Positions 26,078-40,302 of a stretch of DNA of 64,000 nucleotides are shown in pieces. Numbering within the stretch: the first letter of the stretch is position 1; the number at the start of each line of letters is the position of its first letter. This DNA comes from Flaccisagitta enflata (lineage: Eukaryota), in NCBI GenBank assembly GCA_965153355.1, contig OZ231126.1:37820001-37884000 (forward strand), given 5' to 3'. The translations under genes were made by a program, and so were the position numbers. Below the pieces are notes generated by a model. It saw only the letters and a list, made by a program, of their open reading frames with translations. It ran no database searches and was not told where the DNA came from.

Positions 26078-26740
26078 CTTCTTCTTCTTCTTCATCTTAA
26101 TCTTCTTCTTCTTCTTCTTCCTAATCATCTTCTTCTCCTTCTTCTTCTCCTTCTTCTTCTACTTCTTCTTTTCCTCTTTCTTCTTTTTCCTCTTTTTTTC
26201 TTCTTATTCTTCTTCTTCTCCGATCATGATTCATAAGGGGTGAAATTGATGTTAAGGGAAACCTAAGTGAGCGCCAGACATAGAATATGGCGGATGTGAT
26301 ATCCTTTTCTTTCTTCGTTTCTTTATTCCTGCAACAACTATGCCCATTACTGAAACTTCCTAACGCTCTTTCTTCTAAAAAGGTAGAAAGACTTATGAGT
26401 CATGACTTATACCCGGGACATTGCGTTAGCTTTCTCAAGATTATGTTGCAACTTTAATATAATGATTTATCGAAACATTTGGATAACGACGAAAGCAAAA
26501 CTGACTTAATGATAAAAACCGCTTAGAGCAAGAAAGCCAATACAGCGTCTTTTCTTTCTATCTGGCCAGCAAAAAATGAAATTCTGTAATCCGAGTACAT
26601 CTGGACCGGCCAAGAAAAACAAGAAATGATAAGAGGCTGAACTCTTACGTAAAGACAATGACGAGATGACAAAAGAGAAGAACGGTTTAGGGCACGAGTA
26701 CCTCAGAAGAATATCGACCTAAGCGTAACAATATTTTGAG

Positions 26741-26985
26741 AAAACAAAGCCGGACATACGGCCAATAAGTAGTAGTTTGCGGGTAGGCCGGGGCAGTATG
26801 TGCCTGGGAAGGGGCCGTGATTTTCCGAAATCATTGTTTGAGCCAATTTCGCGTAGTCAAAAATGTCGCGTAACCTTCTTTCCTTCCTTCCTGCCTTCCT
26901 TCCTTCCTTCCTTCCTTCCTTCCTTCCTTCCTTCCTTCCTATGGACACGCCCTATCATGGAGTCGCTTTACAAGCGACTGAAAAA
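26741..26985 (-). mobile_element. HINE-like element with (CCTT)n as its microsatellite
   Basis: AAAACAAAGCCGGACATACGGC head and GAGTCGCTTTACAAGCGACTGAAAAA tail. Confidence 0.75.
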
Positions 26986-27160
26986 GGTAGAAAAGACTCA
27001 ACTAGGATATCCTCAATACCCTATATTTTGTATAAGAACCTACTTTATAAGAACATCAAGGCTACAAAATGCCCAGAAATTAAGAACGTTGTAGTTAGTT
27101 TATTAGTAGCTATCTCTATTTGTTTTGAGGGCTTCAAAAGAAAATGACGTTCTTATAAAA

Positions 27161-27508
27161 AAACGAGGCCACGTAGGCAAATAAGATGCGCCGTGTGGAT
27201 CGTCGAACGAATGCGTTTCCGACCGACCGACCGACCGACCGACCGACCGACCGACCGACCGACCGACCGACCGACCGACCGACCGACCGACCGACCGACC
27301 GACCGACCGACCGACCGACCGACCGACCGACCGACCGACCGACCGACCGACCGACCGACCGACCGACCGACCGACCGACCGACCGACCGACCGACCGACC
27401 GACCGACCGACCGACCGACCGACCGACCGACCGACCGACCGACCGACCGACCGACCGACCGACCGACCGACCCAGCCAGTTAAAGAGGTGCTTTGGCGTA
27501 CCTAAAAA
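27161..27508 (-). mobile_element. HINE-like element (GGTGC subfamily) with a perfect (GACC)63 expansion
   Basis: Homologous to the reverse complement of 61529-61662 (GTGGATCGTCGAACGAATGCGTT shared). The GACC run spans 27221-27472. Confidence 0.85.
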
Positions 27509-27550
27509 GTGTATTCGCGGTCGTTAGACAGGAGCGGGAATCACCAAATA

Positions 27551-27694
27551 CAGTTGAACCCCACTCAATCAGATCCGCCAGCAACGGAAATCTGCCTATA
27601 ATAGAGGCAAATTCATAATCCTTCCTATATTGGCGATAAAAGAATCCCGCCTTTAATAATACATTTTCTAGTCCTTTGAAACGGGATTTGACTG
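27551..27694. mobile_element. Degenerate pogo/Tigger-like MITE
   Basis: TA|CAGTTGAACCCC ... CGGGATTTGACTG. The right-hand TA is not intact. Related starts occur at about 31398 and 37354. Confidence 0.45.
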
Positions 27695-27916
27695 TGTTGA
27701 AAAAGTTGATTATTCGACGTAGAAAAAGTTACTGAAAGAGCCGCGAAAAAAAAGAAAATAATGGGCGCATTATCTAAAAGATGAAGCTGAAATCACGGTA
27801 GTTTTACAAAAACAATCTCGAGCGGGAAGGACAGTACATAATTGGAATCGACATCCATTTCCTTTGTTCGCACTTCGACTGCTACTACAGACGTAGATCC
27901 TAAGAAATACGCCAAG

Positions 27917-28001
<85 letters not shown>

Positions 28002-28061
28002 AGATTTAACTCAAGTGACAGATGACGATTCAATATGATGAAATAGGAGTGAGTTACGGAA

Positions 28062-28192
<131 letters not shown>

Positions 28193-28193
28193 A

Positions 28194-28252
<59 letters not shown>

Positions 28253-28657
28253 GGTAGCAATTTTTTTGAAGAGTAGAAAGAAAGAAAAGAAGAGAGATGT
28301 TGGAGAGGAAGAAGCTCTAAGGAGCGACAAGAGGACTGAATAAATCACTTAAGCCTCCGAAAGCGCAGAGTTAAGTCCCGAAGGAAACCTAAGAGGGTTT
28401 TTCCTTCACTCTTTAAATGGCGTCTGATCGCGATATAACAAAAGGTGGAACAAGAAAGACGCGAAAGTGCATCCTCATGGGAGATATGAGGAACAATCAC
28501 ACAAACTGACAGCCGTTGTGGGTGCTTTAATCTCATAGGAGATATTAAGATATGAGGAAGAATTACACACTGTGATGTAAGGAAGAATCACAAACTGACA
28601 AACGAACTCAAAAAAGGACAGCCAGTGTGGATTTTGGTTTTCTTTGGGGAGGTATAG

Positions 28658-28799
28658 AAAAACAAGGCCGTATACACTCCCCCCCCCCCAGTTGCGGACG
28701 GGTGGGCAGGAGCGGAATACAAAAAAACAAGCTCGAATTTTGTTTTGGTTACGGACGAACTGAGCGACTTGGCAAGCACTTGACGTGTCCGCGACTAAA
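28658..28799 (-). mobile_element. HINE-like element, short
   Basis: AAAACAAGGCCGTATACAC, AGTTGCGGACGGGTGGGCAGG, and GTGTCCGCGACTAAA. Confidence 0.7.
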
Positions 28800-29521
28800 G
28801 ATCACTGTAGGTGTCAGTGAAAGTTCATACGTCCATATGACAGATATAAAGATGAATCGCAAAAGTATCCAAAAATGACGTGGCACTCTTCCAAGATGAC
28901 GTATTAGAATGAAAAAGGTTAACCTTGTTTACACTGGAACTTATTACGATTCATTCGTAGAGTGAAAATGTGCATACAGTGAAACTTAAGTAGAGAAGTC
29001 AACATCGCTTGATCCCTTAGAGAAATGAGCGAAAAAGGCTGTGTCGGGATTTCATACATAGGTGAAATAATAGCCCAAGCGATACTAAAAGCTAAATTAT
29101 GATCTAGTGAAGTGAAATCAGGTCATTTATAGCCAATACTGTCCTGTGGTTAAGTTTTTTTTCCAAAAAAAATGGGCAAAGAATGTCAGTGTTAAAGAAG
29201 CTTAGAAGATAGGGTTGTCATGGCCGAACCAGGCCGCGTCGAGTTGAGGCGAGTTACCCCTTGTATCTCCAAAGCCTGGTGATTTCATATCTGCTTTCGT
29301 TTCGGTTCCATGACGACGCGCCTTGACGCGATGAAAAAAAGAAAGTGCACGTGACTTTGCAAAAGCTATAACCAAGTTGTCATAAATCAATGAGGTATTC
29401 TCAAATTAAATGTTTTGAGCGCAGTTAAGAAGGATCAAATCAAACTTTTCGAAGGCAAAAGTAACAAGACTCTGAAACCAGAGCACGGTAAACAATTGCA
29501 ACAACAAAAGAAAAATTAAAA

Positions 29522-29544
29522 AAAACAACACCAACAACAACAAT

Positions 29545-29600
<56 letters not shown>

Positions 29601-29701
29601 CGCAAACAACAACGAGAATAACAACGAGAATAACAACAACAATGAGAACAACAATGAGAATAACAAAAAACAATGAGAACCTCAATGAGATCATCAACAC
29701 T

Positions 29702-29743
<42 letters not shown>

Positions 29744-29799
29744 AACACCTACAACGATAATTACAATGGCAAGAAAAACAACAATAACGGCAAAAAAAC

Positions 29800-29850
<51 letters not shown>

Positions 29851-30060
29851 GGAAAATTATGACAACAACAACAACAACAACAACATTAACAACAACAACA
29901 AAAACATCAACAACAACAATGATAATGTCGACAACAACAATGACAATGTTGACAACAACAATGACAACAATGACAACAACAGCAACAATGACAACAATGA
30001 CAATTACAATGGTAATAACGGCAACAAAAAAACAAGGAAAACAACAACAACAACAACAAC
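29522..30060. repeat. Interrupted (CAA)n microsatellite
   Basis: Directly visible. Confidence 0.95.
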
Positions 30061-31496
30061 GAGCGAGAGGAGAGACAATCAGCATCAGTGTAGTCATCAT
30101 CCAATGATACATGTCATATAAATTCAGCGTTTTTTATGATGGGGCCTTTTCTCAGTATTTGTTCAGCATTGCTGTTAAATGCCTTTTTTTAATGAAAATG
30201 GACATTTTACCTTTTCCCCTAACAAAAACAATGTTTTTCATTTTTTGACAAATCTTCTCCATTGATTAGCCCAAGAAGATAGTGAAGGAGATCAAGAAAA
30301 AGTAGGCAGAAACACCCGAGAGGGCGATTTTACAATTTTTTAGTCACAACGACATAGAATAGAAAAAAATGTGTGTTACGAGGTATCAAATGAAAGCCCT
30401 TGCAATACTGCATCGACTCATACCAGTCATTAGGGGTTTGGAGAAAAAAATTTTTTTCGTTTACATTGCTAACTTAAGTATTTTTTTCATGAGGTTTCAT
30501 TTCATTTTCGAAAATCGTTATGATTGTGATGAAGGATTAAATTCCCAAGAGCTATGCAATATTTTCATTCACTTCTTGGTCCATCTGTACGTTGGTAAGT
30601 ACATAGCTCGGTCAGTCCATCCTGCTTAAGTGCCTGGCCAGCTTATATCACTGCCCCTGACCTTCAGGCGATAAAGGCCTGTGCATCCTGCCTTCTTTTA
30701 TCTGTATGTGAGATGTGATTGATTGAATATATTGTAAAATTACATTTGCTGTTGCGTTCAATCGAGACAACATCGACTAGCTCATCTGTTTTCTTACCTG
30801 CTCACTCATGTTTACTCGATTTTTTTTGTTCTTGTTCACTCATTTAGGACTTCGTTGACTTAGGAACGACTGCTGTTCCTTTATTCTTTTGCTCTTGATG
30901 ACACTGTTTAATAATGAGTCTACACAGTACTTTACAACTAACGTTTTCCCCTTTTAAAAGTTCCTGAGCTAAAAACTATGCAAAGAATCAGGGAGCAAAT
31001 CGCCAATTCCAGGCAAACGAGGTTTTTTGTTTCAAAGCGTCCAAATACCAAAATCGAACGAATCGTGGAAGAGTGATGGGTGCAGAGATCGTCAATTTTT
31101 CATGGAAACATGTGTAAAGAAGCGAGCCGCTGGGAGAGTCTAAAAAGAGGTATTACCCCGCACCTTTCAGTGATTTTGGAAAAAGTTGATCTTTTGAATT
31201 TTTTTTCTTGAGCTTAAGTGGAAAGGCATAAACGATTTCTAACAAAAGGAACCACAAGACAACTACTCCCTTCCTCAATATTTCATCAGTTTTTAATGTT
31301 TAAGCATATAGTTTACTTATAATTTAGCATCAGAGACTGTTATGATGAAAAAATCTAATCAAAAAGAAGCGGCGGCATCTTAATTCCAGTGTGCATACAG
31401 TTGCACCACGCAATAACGGATGTCAAGGGCCTAACCAATATTATCTTTCATAGGCGGATTTCTGTTATTCTGTTTCCTTGAAGACAATCCAACTGA

Positions 31497-31803
31497 GCCA
31501 ACACCTATAAGTCGTGTGCAGGACATAAATAGCTTAAGATGACTTAAATTGAGTTTAAATGACTCAAGGTGACCTGAAATTACTTGAAATGATTTAAAAT
31601 GACTTTAATGACCATATCGACCTTATTGACTTTAGTGACTTAATGTAACTTGATATGACTTAAAATGACTTGGAATGACTTATAATGACTCAAAATGACT
31701 TAAAATGACTTAGAATGACTTGTAATGGCATTTTGGAATCAGCTGTGAGCCCAAAAAGCTTAAAAACGCCGAAAAAGTAAAAAGGGGACCGACCGACCGA
31801 CCA
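31497..31803 (-). mobile_element. Truncated sibling of the 2576-4546 element with a short 10-bp (GACTTAAAAT)n array
   Basis: Shares the head GCCAACACCTATAAGTCG(T/C)GTGCAGGACA and ends in (GACC)n. Confidence 0.75.
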
Positions 31804-32095
31804 ATAATGCGTTAAGATGAAGTTACAACCAAAAATGCGTTAAAATGAAGTTACAAATTTTACACTGAAGTTTAAGTGGCTGCTAGTGTAGTCCTTGAAT
31901 GGAGGGAGGAAATATCTTTGTATTTCTTAGTGATAAGTGGGCAAAACGCGGGCGTGGTCGCGTTTTTTTCACCATAGCCCTTCAAAAAAGAAGCAAGATC
32001 AGGTGCTAAGGACAAGCTATTTTTCTCTTTTGTGTTTTAGGATCCCGTGATGGTGCCTTTTGTCTTTACATGTGATCGCGTTTGCCTTTTTCACT

Positions 32096-32189
<94 letters not shown>

Positions 32190-32296
32190 TGTGAGCGCAT
32201 GCATTTCAGTCAATGCCTCTGTATATGTTTGTGTGCTCACACAATCATGCAGGAACCAGACGTTTTATGCAGGCATATTTTCAGAGAATTCATTTC

Positions 32297-33676
32297 TTTT
32301 TTTTTAGTCGCGTGCTACACGACTCTATGAGCCACTTTTTGGTCCATCGATCCGTCGGTCCGTCCATCCGTCTGTCCGTCACAAATAACTTTAAAGACAT
32401 TTTTTCCATTTTTTACACTTATGAACATTAGAGAATGCACTGGGAGAAGGCTTGAGATTTGGTGATTCACCAACCAAAAAAATGGCCAATTTTCACTGAT
32501 TCAGTGATTTGGATTTTTGTTTTTCTTTCTTTCTTTCTTTCTTTCTTTCTTTCCTTTATCTTTCTTCCTTTCTTTTTCACCTTTTCTGCATTTTTTCTTC
32601 CATTATTTCTTTGCGTACCACTTGTTGCAGCATAAAAATCACTGATAAAAAACGAAAAAACGGCTGTGGTTGTAGAAAATCGCCAAAAATCAGGGGTGAT
32701 TGATAGTCAAAACATATTTCAACTCTAACTGGGAGGTAGAGAATACTACTTTGAGGGTCATTTTGAGAACTCCAGTCTGTCAGTCTGCCCAAATTTTTGT
32801 GAAATGCCAACACACGCGACTTTGGTCTAATGACCTTGTTCTTCTTCCGCTTGCTTTTTAGTTGCGGACACGCAACTCTACACCTTGCCGTGTCCGTTGG
32901 TCTGTCCGTCTGTCCATCGGTCACATTTTTGAATTGCGAGCGGTTTTCGCATCACTGCTCCTGCCCAACCGTCCGCGACTGGATTGCTATGTATCCGGCC
33001 TTATTTTCTTTCCCTCTTCCCCTTTTTAGTCGCGGACACGCGACTCTACACCTTGCTCTGTCAGTCGGTCCGTCGGTTGGTCTGTCCGTTTGTCATGTTT
33101 CTTAATTGCAAGCGGTTTTTGCATTACTGCTCCTGCCCAACCGTCTGCGACTGTATTGCCGTGTATCCGGCCTTGTTCTTTCATTCTTTCATTCATTTTT
33201 TTATCCTTCTTCCTTTCTAACTTTCCTGCTTCTTTTCTTCTTTCCTTCTTTCCTTCTTTCCATCTTTCCATCTTTCCATTTTTTCCTTCTTTCTTTCTTT
33301 CTATCCGCCGGTTTTACATGCAAGTACCGCTATCTGGCTAACTTTAGTCCAACTTTGATGCAGCTGAGTTTATATCTTCTATGCTTTTAGGACCCTCAAA
33401 GGTGTGACATTAATTAGTAGCTAAGGTTATTGTCTTTGCATCGCAGCCATGAGATTGTTCCTTCTTTGTGTCTTTCTTTTTAGTCGCGTGCAAACAACTC
33501 TACAATCCGCTTTGTCTGTCCGTCCGTTGGTCAGTTGGTTGGTCCCCATTTTACTTTTTTTAATGATTTTATTTCTCTGACCTCACTGCTCCTGCCCCTG
33601 CCCACCTTTCCTTCTTTCAGTCTTTCTTACTTTCTTTTTTCCTTTTTTTTCTTTTTTTTTCTTTTTCTTTCTTTTT

Positions 33677-33751
<75 letters not shown>

Positions 33752-34458
33752 ATCTTTCTTTCTTTCAATCTTTCTCTGTCCCTTTTTCCCGTTCCATTTC
33801 CTTGAATTATGTGTTCTTTTTGGGAGAAAGTAATTACAAAACCGTGCGTTTTTACCCACGGACACGCGACTCTAGAACTTGACCTGTGGTCTGTCCGTCA
33901 GTCCGTCAACCTGTTCGTAATATTTTTTAATTGTGAGCAGTTGTTTGCATTACTGCTCCTGCGCAACCGTCCATGACTGTCCTCCCGTAACTAGTTAAAC
34001 ATGCATTCTCATCATTCTATAGAACTTCTTGCTTTCATTACTTTGATCAATGATTCATTCATTCATTCATTCATTCATTCATTCATTCATTCATTCATTC
34101 ATTCAGTTATCCATTCATTCATTCATTGAAGCTGCTAAATTTTGCATGAATAAATAGTAGGTTATTTCCTGTCAGACAAAACCAGTCCAATTTTTTAAAA
34201 ATGATACTCCAGGCACCATTAAGGTTTCGCTGGTATCAGTTGCCTTTGATTGCAGGGTAGTTGGTCCTTGTTTATTTTTTCCATTTTTCCTCCCTTTCTT
34301 TTTCTATTAGTCGCGGACACGGGACTCTGCACTTTGCTGTGTCGGTTGGTATGTCCGTCGGTCCGTCTGTCGGTTACATTTTTGAATCGCAAGTGGTTCC
34401 TGCATTTCTGCTCCTGCCCACCAGTCCGCTACTGAATTGCCGAGTATCCGGCCTTGTT
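32297..34458 (+). mobile_element. Cluster of six co-oriented HINE-like copies (about 32297-32840, 32855-33005, 33023-33177, 33477-33605, 33850-33990, 34307-34458)
   Basis: Each starts with a T-run plus an AGTCGCG-type palindrome (variously decayed) and (GTCN)n. Four retain the 3' hairpin end. Confidence 0.8.
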
Positions 34459-34712
34459 GAGTTTCATTCCTGAGGGCGTGTTTTGACAGACGAAAAATTG
34501 TGTTCATTCTCGTAAAATGCGTTTACAGCATAAACATTTATTTATGACCCACGAGGAAGTGAATGAAGCGAATGAAGCAAGCAAGCAAAGCAAACATAGC
34601 AAACATAGCGAGTGAGTGGAGTGAGCGGTGCGAGCAATCGGACATAGCGAGAGACCAAGTGGCTCGTTTAAAACATGATTGTCACATGAAGAAAAGGGCG
34701 CTCAGTTTGTCA

Positions 34713-34818
<106 letters not shown>

Positions 34819-35171
34819 ACTTAGGCAAGTAGTTTTCCATTATAACTTTATCCCAAAAACCATTATGCTTGCCTTTTTGTTTTCAAACGCGAAAATTATA
34901 ACATTTTAGGAGGGTGATAGCGTTAGCCTTCGTAGAGCAGATAGAATTGTATAAGACAAATCTTGATTGAGTCAAATTAATAATACGTGATTTTCCTTGT
35001 GTCCATTTTTCTCCGTCACGTGAACGCGCTCACGTCCGCGTTCTGAACGCGACTAGGCCATTTTTTCTTATGAGGAACAACATGCTTATCTTCAAAGCGC
35101 TTGCTTTCCGATATTCCTGAAATTCAATCAATCTCTCACGCGATGCTTGGCCTGGTTGATGGAGGCCTTAA

Positions 35172-36006
35172 TCGGGAAAAAAGTCGAAGTCTGTCTTCGA
35201 CTTTTTGACATATTCGAGAGAAACAGGGTTTTCATTTTCTTATGCGGAAGTTGAGCATCTCATCCGGCTGATTGTGGCCTCCGATGAAATTTATAGGGTA
35301 AGTAAATTTAATAATTCTCTTTCATTTGGCGCCAAGCAGAAGTCTCTGGGACAAATATTTTTTGCGCTATGATTTTTTAAAGATTTATTTATGAAAAATA
35401 AAAATAGAATTTTTTAAGATTTTGTGTAGGATCAATAAAGGAGTGTATATATGTTTACTTGAGCATGCAAATACAAAAAAAACATGTTTATGAGCACAAC
35501 TGCTCATCTGTGAGGGCATTTTTGAGCATTTTAGCTCATTTAGCTCACTTGGTTTAGTCTATTCTTTCTGATTTCAAAAACAACAAATGAATAAATATTT
35601 TCATACTTGTTTAAGCAAGTAAAATAACAAAAAACATGTCAGTGAGCAGAGCTGCTCATCTATAGGGGCATTTACAATTATTCTAGCTCATTTAGCTCAT
35701 TTATCTTGCTCTTTTACTCTGATTTTAAATAGGATAAATACAATAATAATTTGACCTTAGCATGCAAATACAATAAAGCATGTCAGTGAGCAAGGCTGGT
35801 TGTCTGGTTGAATTTGAATATTTTAGCTCAACTAGTTCATTTGGCTCAATCCTATTTCTCTCTGATTTTCAGTGCAATCAATACATACAATTGCTTTTGA
35901 TTTGATCTAACAAATTAAAAAAATTCAGTGACTGAAGATAAAAGCATGGTGAAAAGTGACCAATGCTTACGACTTTTTTCCTCACGGCGACAGCCGCCAT
36001 TACTGG
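35172..36006 (+). mobile_element. Non-autonomous canonical Helitron, copy 2
   Basis: A|TCGGGAAAAAAGTCG ... GGCGACAGCCGCCATTACTGG|T, with three diverged internal repeats (GCAAATACAA...CATGT...TGAGCA...TAGCTCA). Confidence 0.8.
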
Positions 36007-36103
36007 TAGAGCAACTAACGGAAGCAACTTGAAAGCAACTTGGAAAGCAACTCACCAAAATCAGCGATGGTCGACTTTTTCCACCTCCCAAATCCTATCC
36101 TTG

Positions 36104-36144
<41 letters not shown>

Positions 36145-36668
36145 GCCTACCGGATAATCTCTCACTCCCATATTGAGTCGCTTCTCAACGTGGTTTCTCT
36201 TCACTCTACTTCGAAATATCTGCCATTCGAAGAGGCTGGCCTATTTAAGATTGGCTTGCTCTCAAGCTCCAGCTTTTTTGTCTATCTCTTTCTCTCTGTC
36301 TCTGTCTCTATCTCTTTCGAACGGATGACAGAAACCCTTGTTAAGAGCAGACTCAGAACCTTCTTAGACGCATGCAATTTGGCAGGAGCGCTGTTTGTTA
36401 CAAGAACGGACAAAGAAACCCGTCAACGACTGACCGATTGATCGATTGACTGATTGACCGTTTGACCGATTGACTGACTGGCCAATCGACCAGCTTGCAG
36501 TTCTTTTCCTGAAATTCACTAATTGAGTAATTCCATGAGCGCCAGATAATATACTTGAGCGCCAATGAGTTTGTCTTGACCCCATATTCTCTCTTAGCCT
36601 TTCCGGACCTCAGCACTTTCATCTTGTAGCTGACTGTTTCGTTGCTCTTCTGTCTCTCTCTGTCTCTC

Positions 36669-36730
<62 letters not shown>

Positions 36731-36802
36731 TCTCTGCCATACCCTGTCTCTCAATTTACTCCATTCAATTCTCACGCAGACGTTGGCGCCACTTTTTTTT
36801 CT

Positions 36803-36894
36803 CACTTCCGGTTTGGCCATTCATGCGCGCATGCGCCATTTTTGCGCCACTCCGCAGCGCCACCACGCCACATCAGAAAGTCTCTCCGACGTCA
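36803..36894. promoter_or_regulatory. Candidate promoter/enhancer: ETS + NRF1 + YY1 + CRE-like motif cluster
   Basis: CACTTCCGGT at 36803, GCGCATGCGC at 36827, CGCCATTTT at 36834 and GACGTCA at 36888, in a CpG-rich, apparently non-repetitive patch. Confidence 0.45.
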
Positions 36895-37127
36895 TTGTTA
36901 TCGACATCTCGAAAAATTAAGACTTACACGACAGTCAGGCCAACATTCCCCACCTGTGATCCGACTCTTTCTTGACTCACGTGAACAGAATTTCATTTAT
37001 CGCTTCGCCGATCCATCCATTCTTCTGTCTATCTGTTTTTCCATCCATCCTGCCAGCCGTTAGCTTGACGACAACGACAATGTCAACAACAACAATGACG
37101 ACAGCGACAATAATCACGCCCATAATC

Positions 37128-37217
<90 letters not shown>

Positions 37218-37353
37218 AAAATGATAAATATAATTGATAAAAGGATGATAATGAAAATAATAATGGATTGATAATGATAAAAATGATGACATCAACGCAA
37301 AGGTTTGGTCGTTAATGTGACGACGTCTGTTTCATGACTTTGTTTTCCCAATA

Positions 37354-37512
37354 CAGTTGAACTCCGCAATGACGGATCTCAAGGGATCGACAAATTTTGT
37401 TGAAGACGGTTTTGATTATTGCCAATATGCGAAATAACAAGAAATGATGTGATGCGACTTAGATTTCATTTGCATTATCTACGTGCATTGCCGTTAAAGT
37501 GTGGTGTAACTG
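37354..37512. mobile_element. Short pogo/Tigger-like MITE
   Basis: TA|CAGTTGAACTCCGCAATGACGG ... CCGTTAAAGTGTGGTGTAACTG|TA. Confidence 0.65.
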
Positions 37513-37917
37513 TATATCATGGACTTGTTTGGTTACTTTGAAAGTGAAATCACTTTCAATTTGTAGGCAGCTGGCGCGCGCTTATAAGTCGTATCTATAA
37601 TGGATACATATTATCGGTTTTGAAGCTATATTTGCAACTATTTCTATTTACAATGCTACTTTTTATCATCATTTTCCTCTCTCTTCATCTCTTTTTTTAA
37701 TTCTCTTATTCCTGTCTGTCTTTCTCTGTTCGCTTGTTTTTTTTTGTTTGTTTGTTTGTTTATTGGTTTGTTTGTTGATTTCTCTAGTTGTTTCTTTCTT
37801 TGTTTTTGCAAAGTCTGTTGAACAAATCCTTTTAATAACTTCAAAATCTTAATCAGCTGCTTTATATCAGTATTACTTTTAGTGAGGAAAGAGAGAAAGG
37901 GAAACAGAGAGAAAGGG

Positions 37918-38012
<95 letters not shown>

Positions 38013-38142
38013 CGAGAGAGCGAGAGAGCGAGAGAGCGAGAGAGCGAGAGAGCGAGAGATCGTGAGAGCGAGAGTGAGAGTGAGAGTGAGAGAGGTTGAT
38101 GTGGCGCCTGAGATTTGCGTCAAAACTTAAGTCAAGACTCAG

Positions 38143-38232
<90 letters not shown>

Positions 38233-38447
38233 ACAGACACACAGACAGACAGACAGAAGAGCAGATAGAATGAAAGAATGACAGAATGACAGAAATCGAT
38301 AATATAAAGACAGAGAGGTGGGGAACGAGAAATGTACAGATAGAAAGAGTAGAGCGAAAAAAAAGGCAAAAGGCAAAAGGCAAAAGGAGAAAAAGCAAAA
38401 GAAAACAAATTCCAAGACTTTGATATGGAAAAAATAAGTGGGGAAAG

Positions 38448-38772
38448 AAAACAAGGCCGGATACACGCCAACCATAACTGCGGTTGGGCAGGGTCAGTAA
38501 TGTTCGAGGCCAGTCAGCCACTTTGACAGTAGGGGGCGACCAAAAATTCGATGTTAAATAGAGCAAGACCATATACACGGCTACCCAAGCCGCGTGAAGG
38601 TGGGCAGGGGCAGTGATATAAAAGACTACCCAAGCATTTGGGCAGGGGCCGCAATGCAAAATATAAAAATAAATGCTGAAAAGGCTAAGCATCACCGAAG
38701 GACCGACAGACCGACCCATCGACCAACCAACGGACATAGCGGGTTGTAGAGTCGCATGTATGCGACTAAAAA
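38448..38772 (-). mobile_element. HINE-like element with two tandem hairpin ends (38448 and about 38562)
   Basis: AAACAAGGCCGGATACACG, then GCAAGACCATATACACGGC, with a single GTAGAGTCGCATGTATGCGACTAAAAA tail. Confidence 0.75.
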
Positions 38773-39087
38773 TGCAATAGGGAGGATGGACGGATAGACC
38801 AACTAAAAATAAGTTTTCTCAAAAGATCCTCAGAACATTGTCCCAGGCTCTCGAGACCGTGATTTTTGAATTCCTCGTCGAAAATTATGTGGAAACAGTG
38901 AAAAGGGTGATTTTTTGACAAAACCGAGATTTAAAATCACACTTGTTATCATCATTACTACCCTCAAAAGTTTTGCCGCCATTTTTTCATCGGTTTTACT
39001 GCACTGATTCTCGCTATGAAATTTTGGCTCAATGTTTGTTAATGCATGAATTGTGAGAATTGTGAGACCAACCGACATTTATTCAAT

Positions 39088-39226
39088 GAAGAAGAAGAAG
39101 AAGAAGAAGAAGAAGAAGAAGAAGAAGAAGAAGAAGAAGAAGAAGAAGAAGAAGAAGAAGAAGAAGAAGAAGAAGAAGAAGAAGAAGAAGAAGAGGAAGA
39201 GAAGAAGGAGAAGAAGAAGAAGGAGA

Positions 39227-39306
<80 letters not shown>
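39088..39306. repeat. (GAA)n then (GA)n microsatellite
   Basis: Directly visible. Confidence 0.95.
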
Positions 39307-39309
<3 letters not shown>

Positions 39310-39430
39310 AAAGTTAGGCAGGCAAGTTGAGAGATGCTATATGTGAATGTCATAGACGAAAACGACAAGAGAAAAAAAAGTTAATGTATGGAACTATGAG
39401 AAAATGAGAAAAATCATAATCTGAAGCCAG

Positions 39431-39476
<46 letters not shown>

Positions 39477-40302
39477 AATCATTACCAAATAAATTTCTTT
39501 TTGCATTTACTTAATTTGCATATTTGAGGCATATCTTTAAAAGCGAGCTGACGCTAGCTGACGCTACTGCTCGTATTGAGCTTTTGCACACGCGTAGATA
39601 TATATCAGGGCTAGTTAGATCTCGCTGTGCGGCTTAATGCAAGCACAGGAAGTTGGCCGAACTAAGGTTTTAATATTTCATGCATTAAATAAAATATTAA
39701 GAGAATGAGGTAAAGTTCTCAAATTTAGCTTGAATCATTGTCACAGAATCTTGTATGAGATTCCAGAGAAAAAAGTCGATATTTCAAATTATTAATTGCG
39801 TATGATGTGGCTAAATGTGACTTTCTTCAATGATATTTTTTTGCTTTTTCTCACTTTTTAATTAATATATTTGTAATAAACAATTTATGTATAACACAAA
39901 AATAACGTCGTATCTATAGTCATATAAAAGGCGAGCGTCTCACGATTCTAGATATGTTTTTTATTTTTGATTATCACTGTATTAAACTTTTCAAATAAAA
40001 AAAAGGCATAACTGTTGATCCAATGACAGCAAACATTATTCCAGCGGACATTCCGCTCTTCTGCAAAAACTTACTAAAAAAATGATTTACAAAAGCGCGT
40101 GGCACGCGGCTGAAAAGAGACGCGTTGGATGAAAGATGGAGTGGAGAGATATTCCGAGCCGAAAAACGAAAAAGAGGATTTCCCTGTTGTCGCCCGAACA
40201 CCTGGGGGCCATCATCAAACCACAACAACCACTACAACAACAACAAAAACGGGCACCACAACAACAACTACGACAACAACAACTGAAACGATCACGACAT
40301 TA

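Noticed and set aside
30150..30560. Additional DNA-transposon-like fragments (also about 38830-39080 and 62525-62760)
   Set aside because: The composition is TE-like, but I could not identify paired termini or TSDs.
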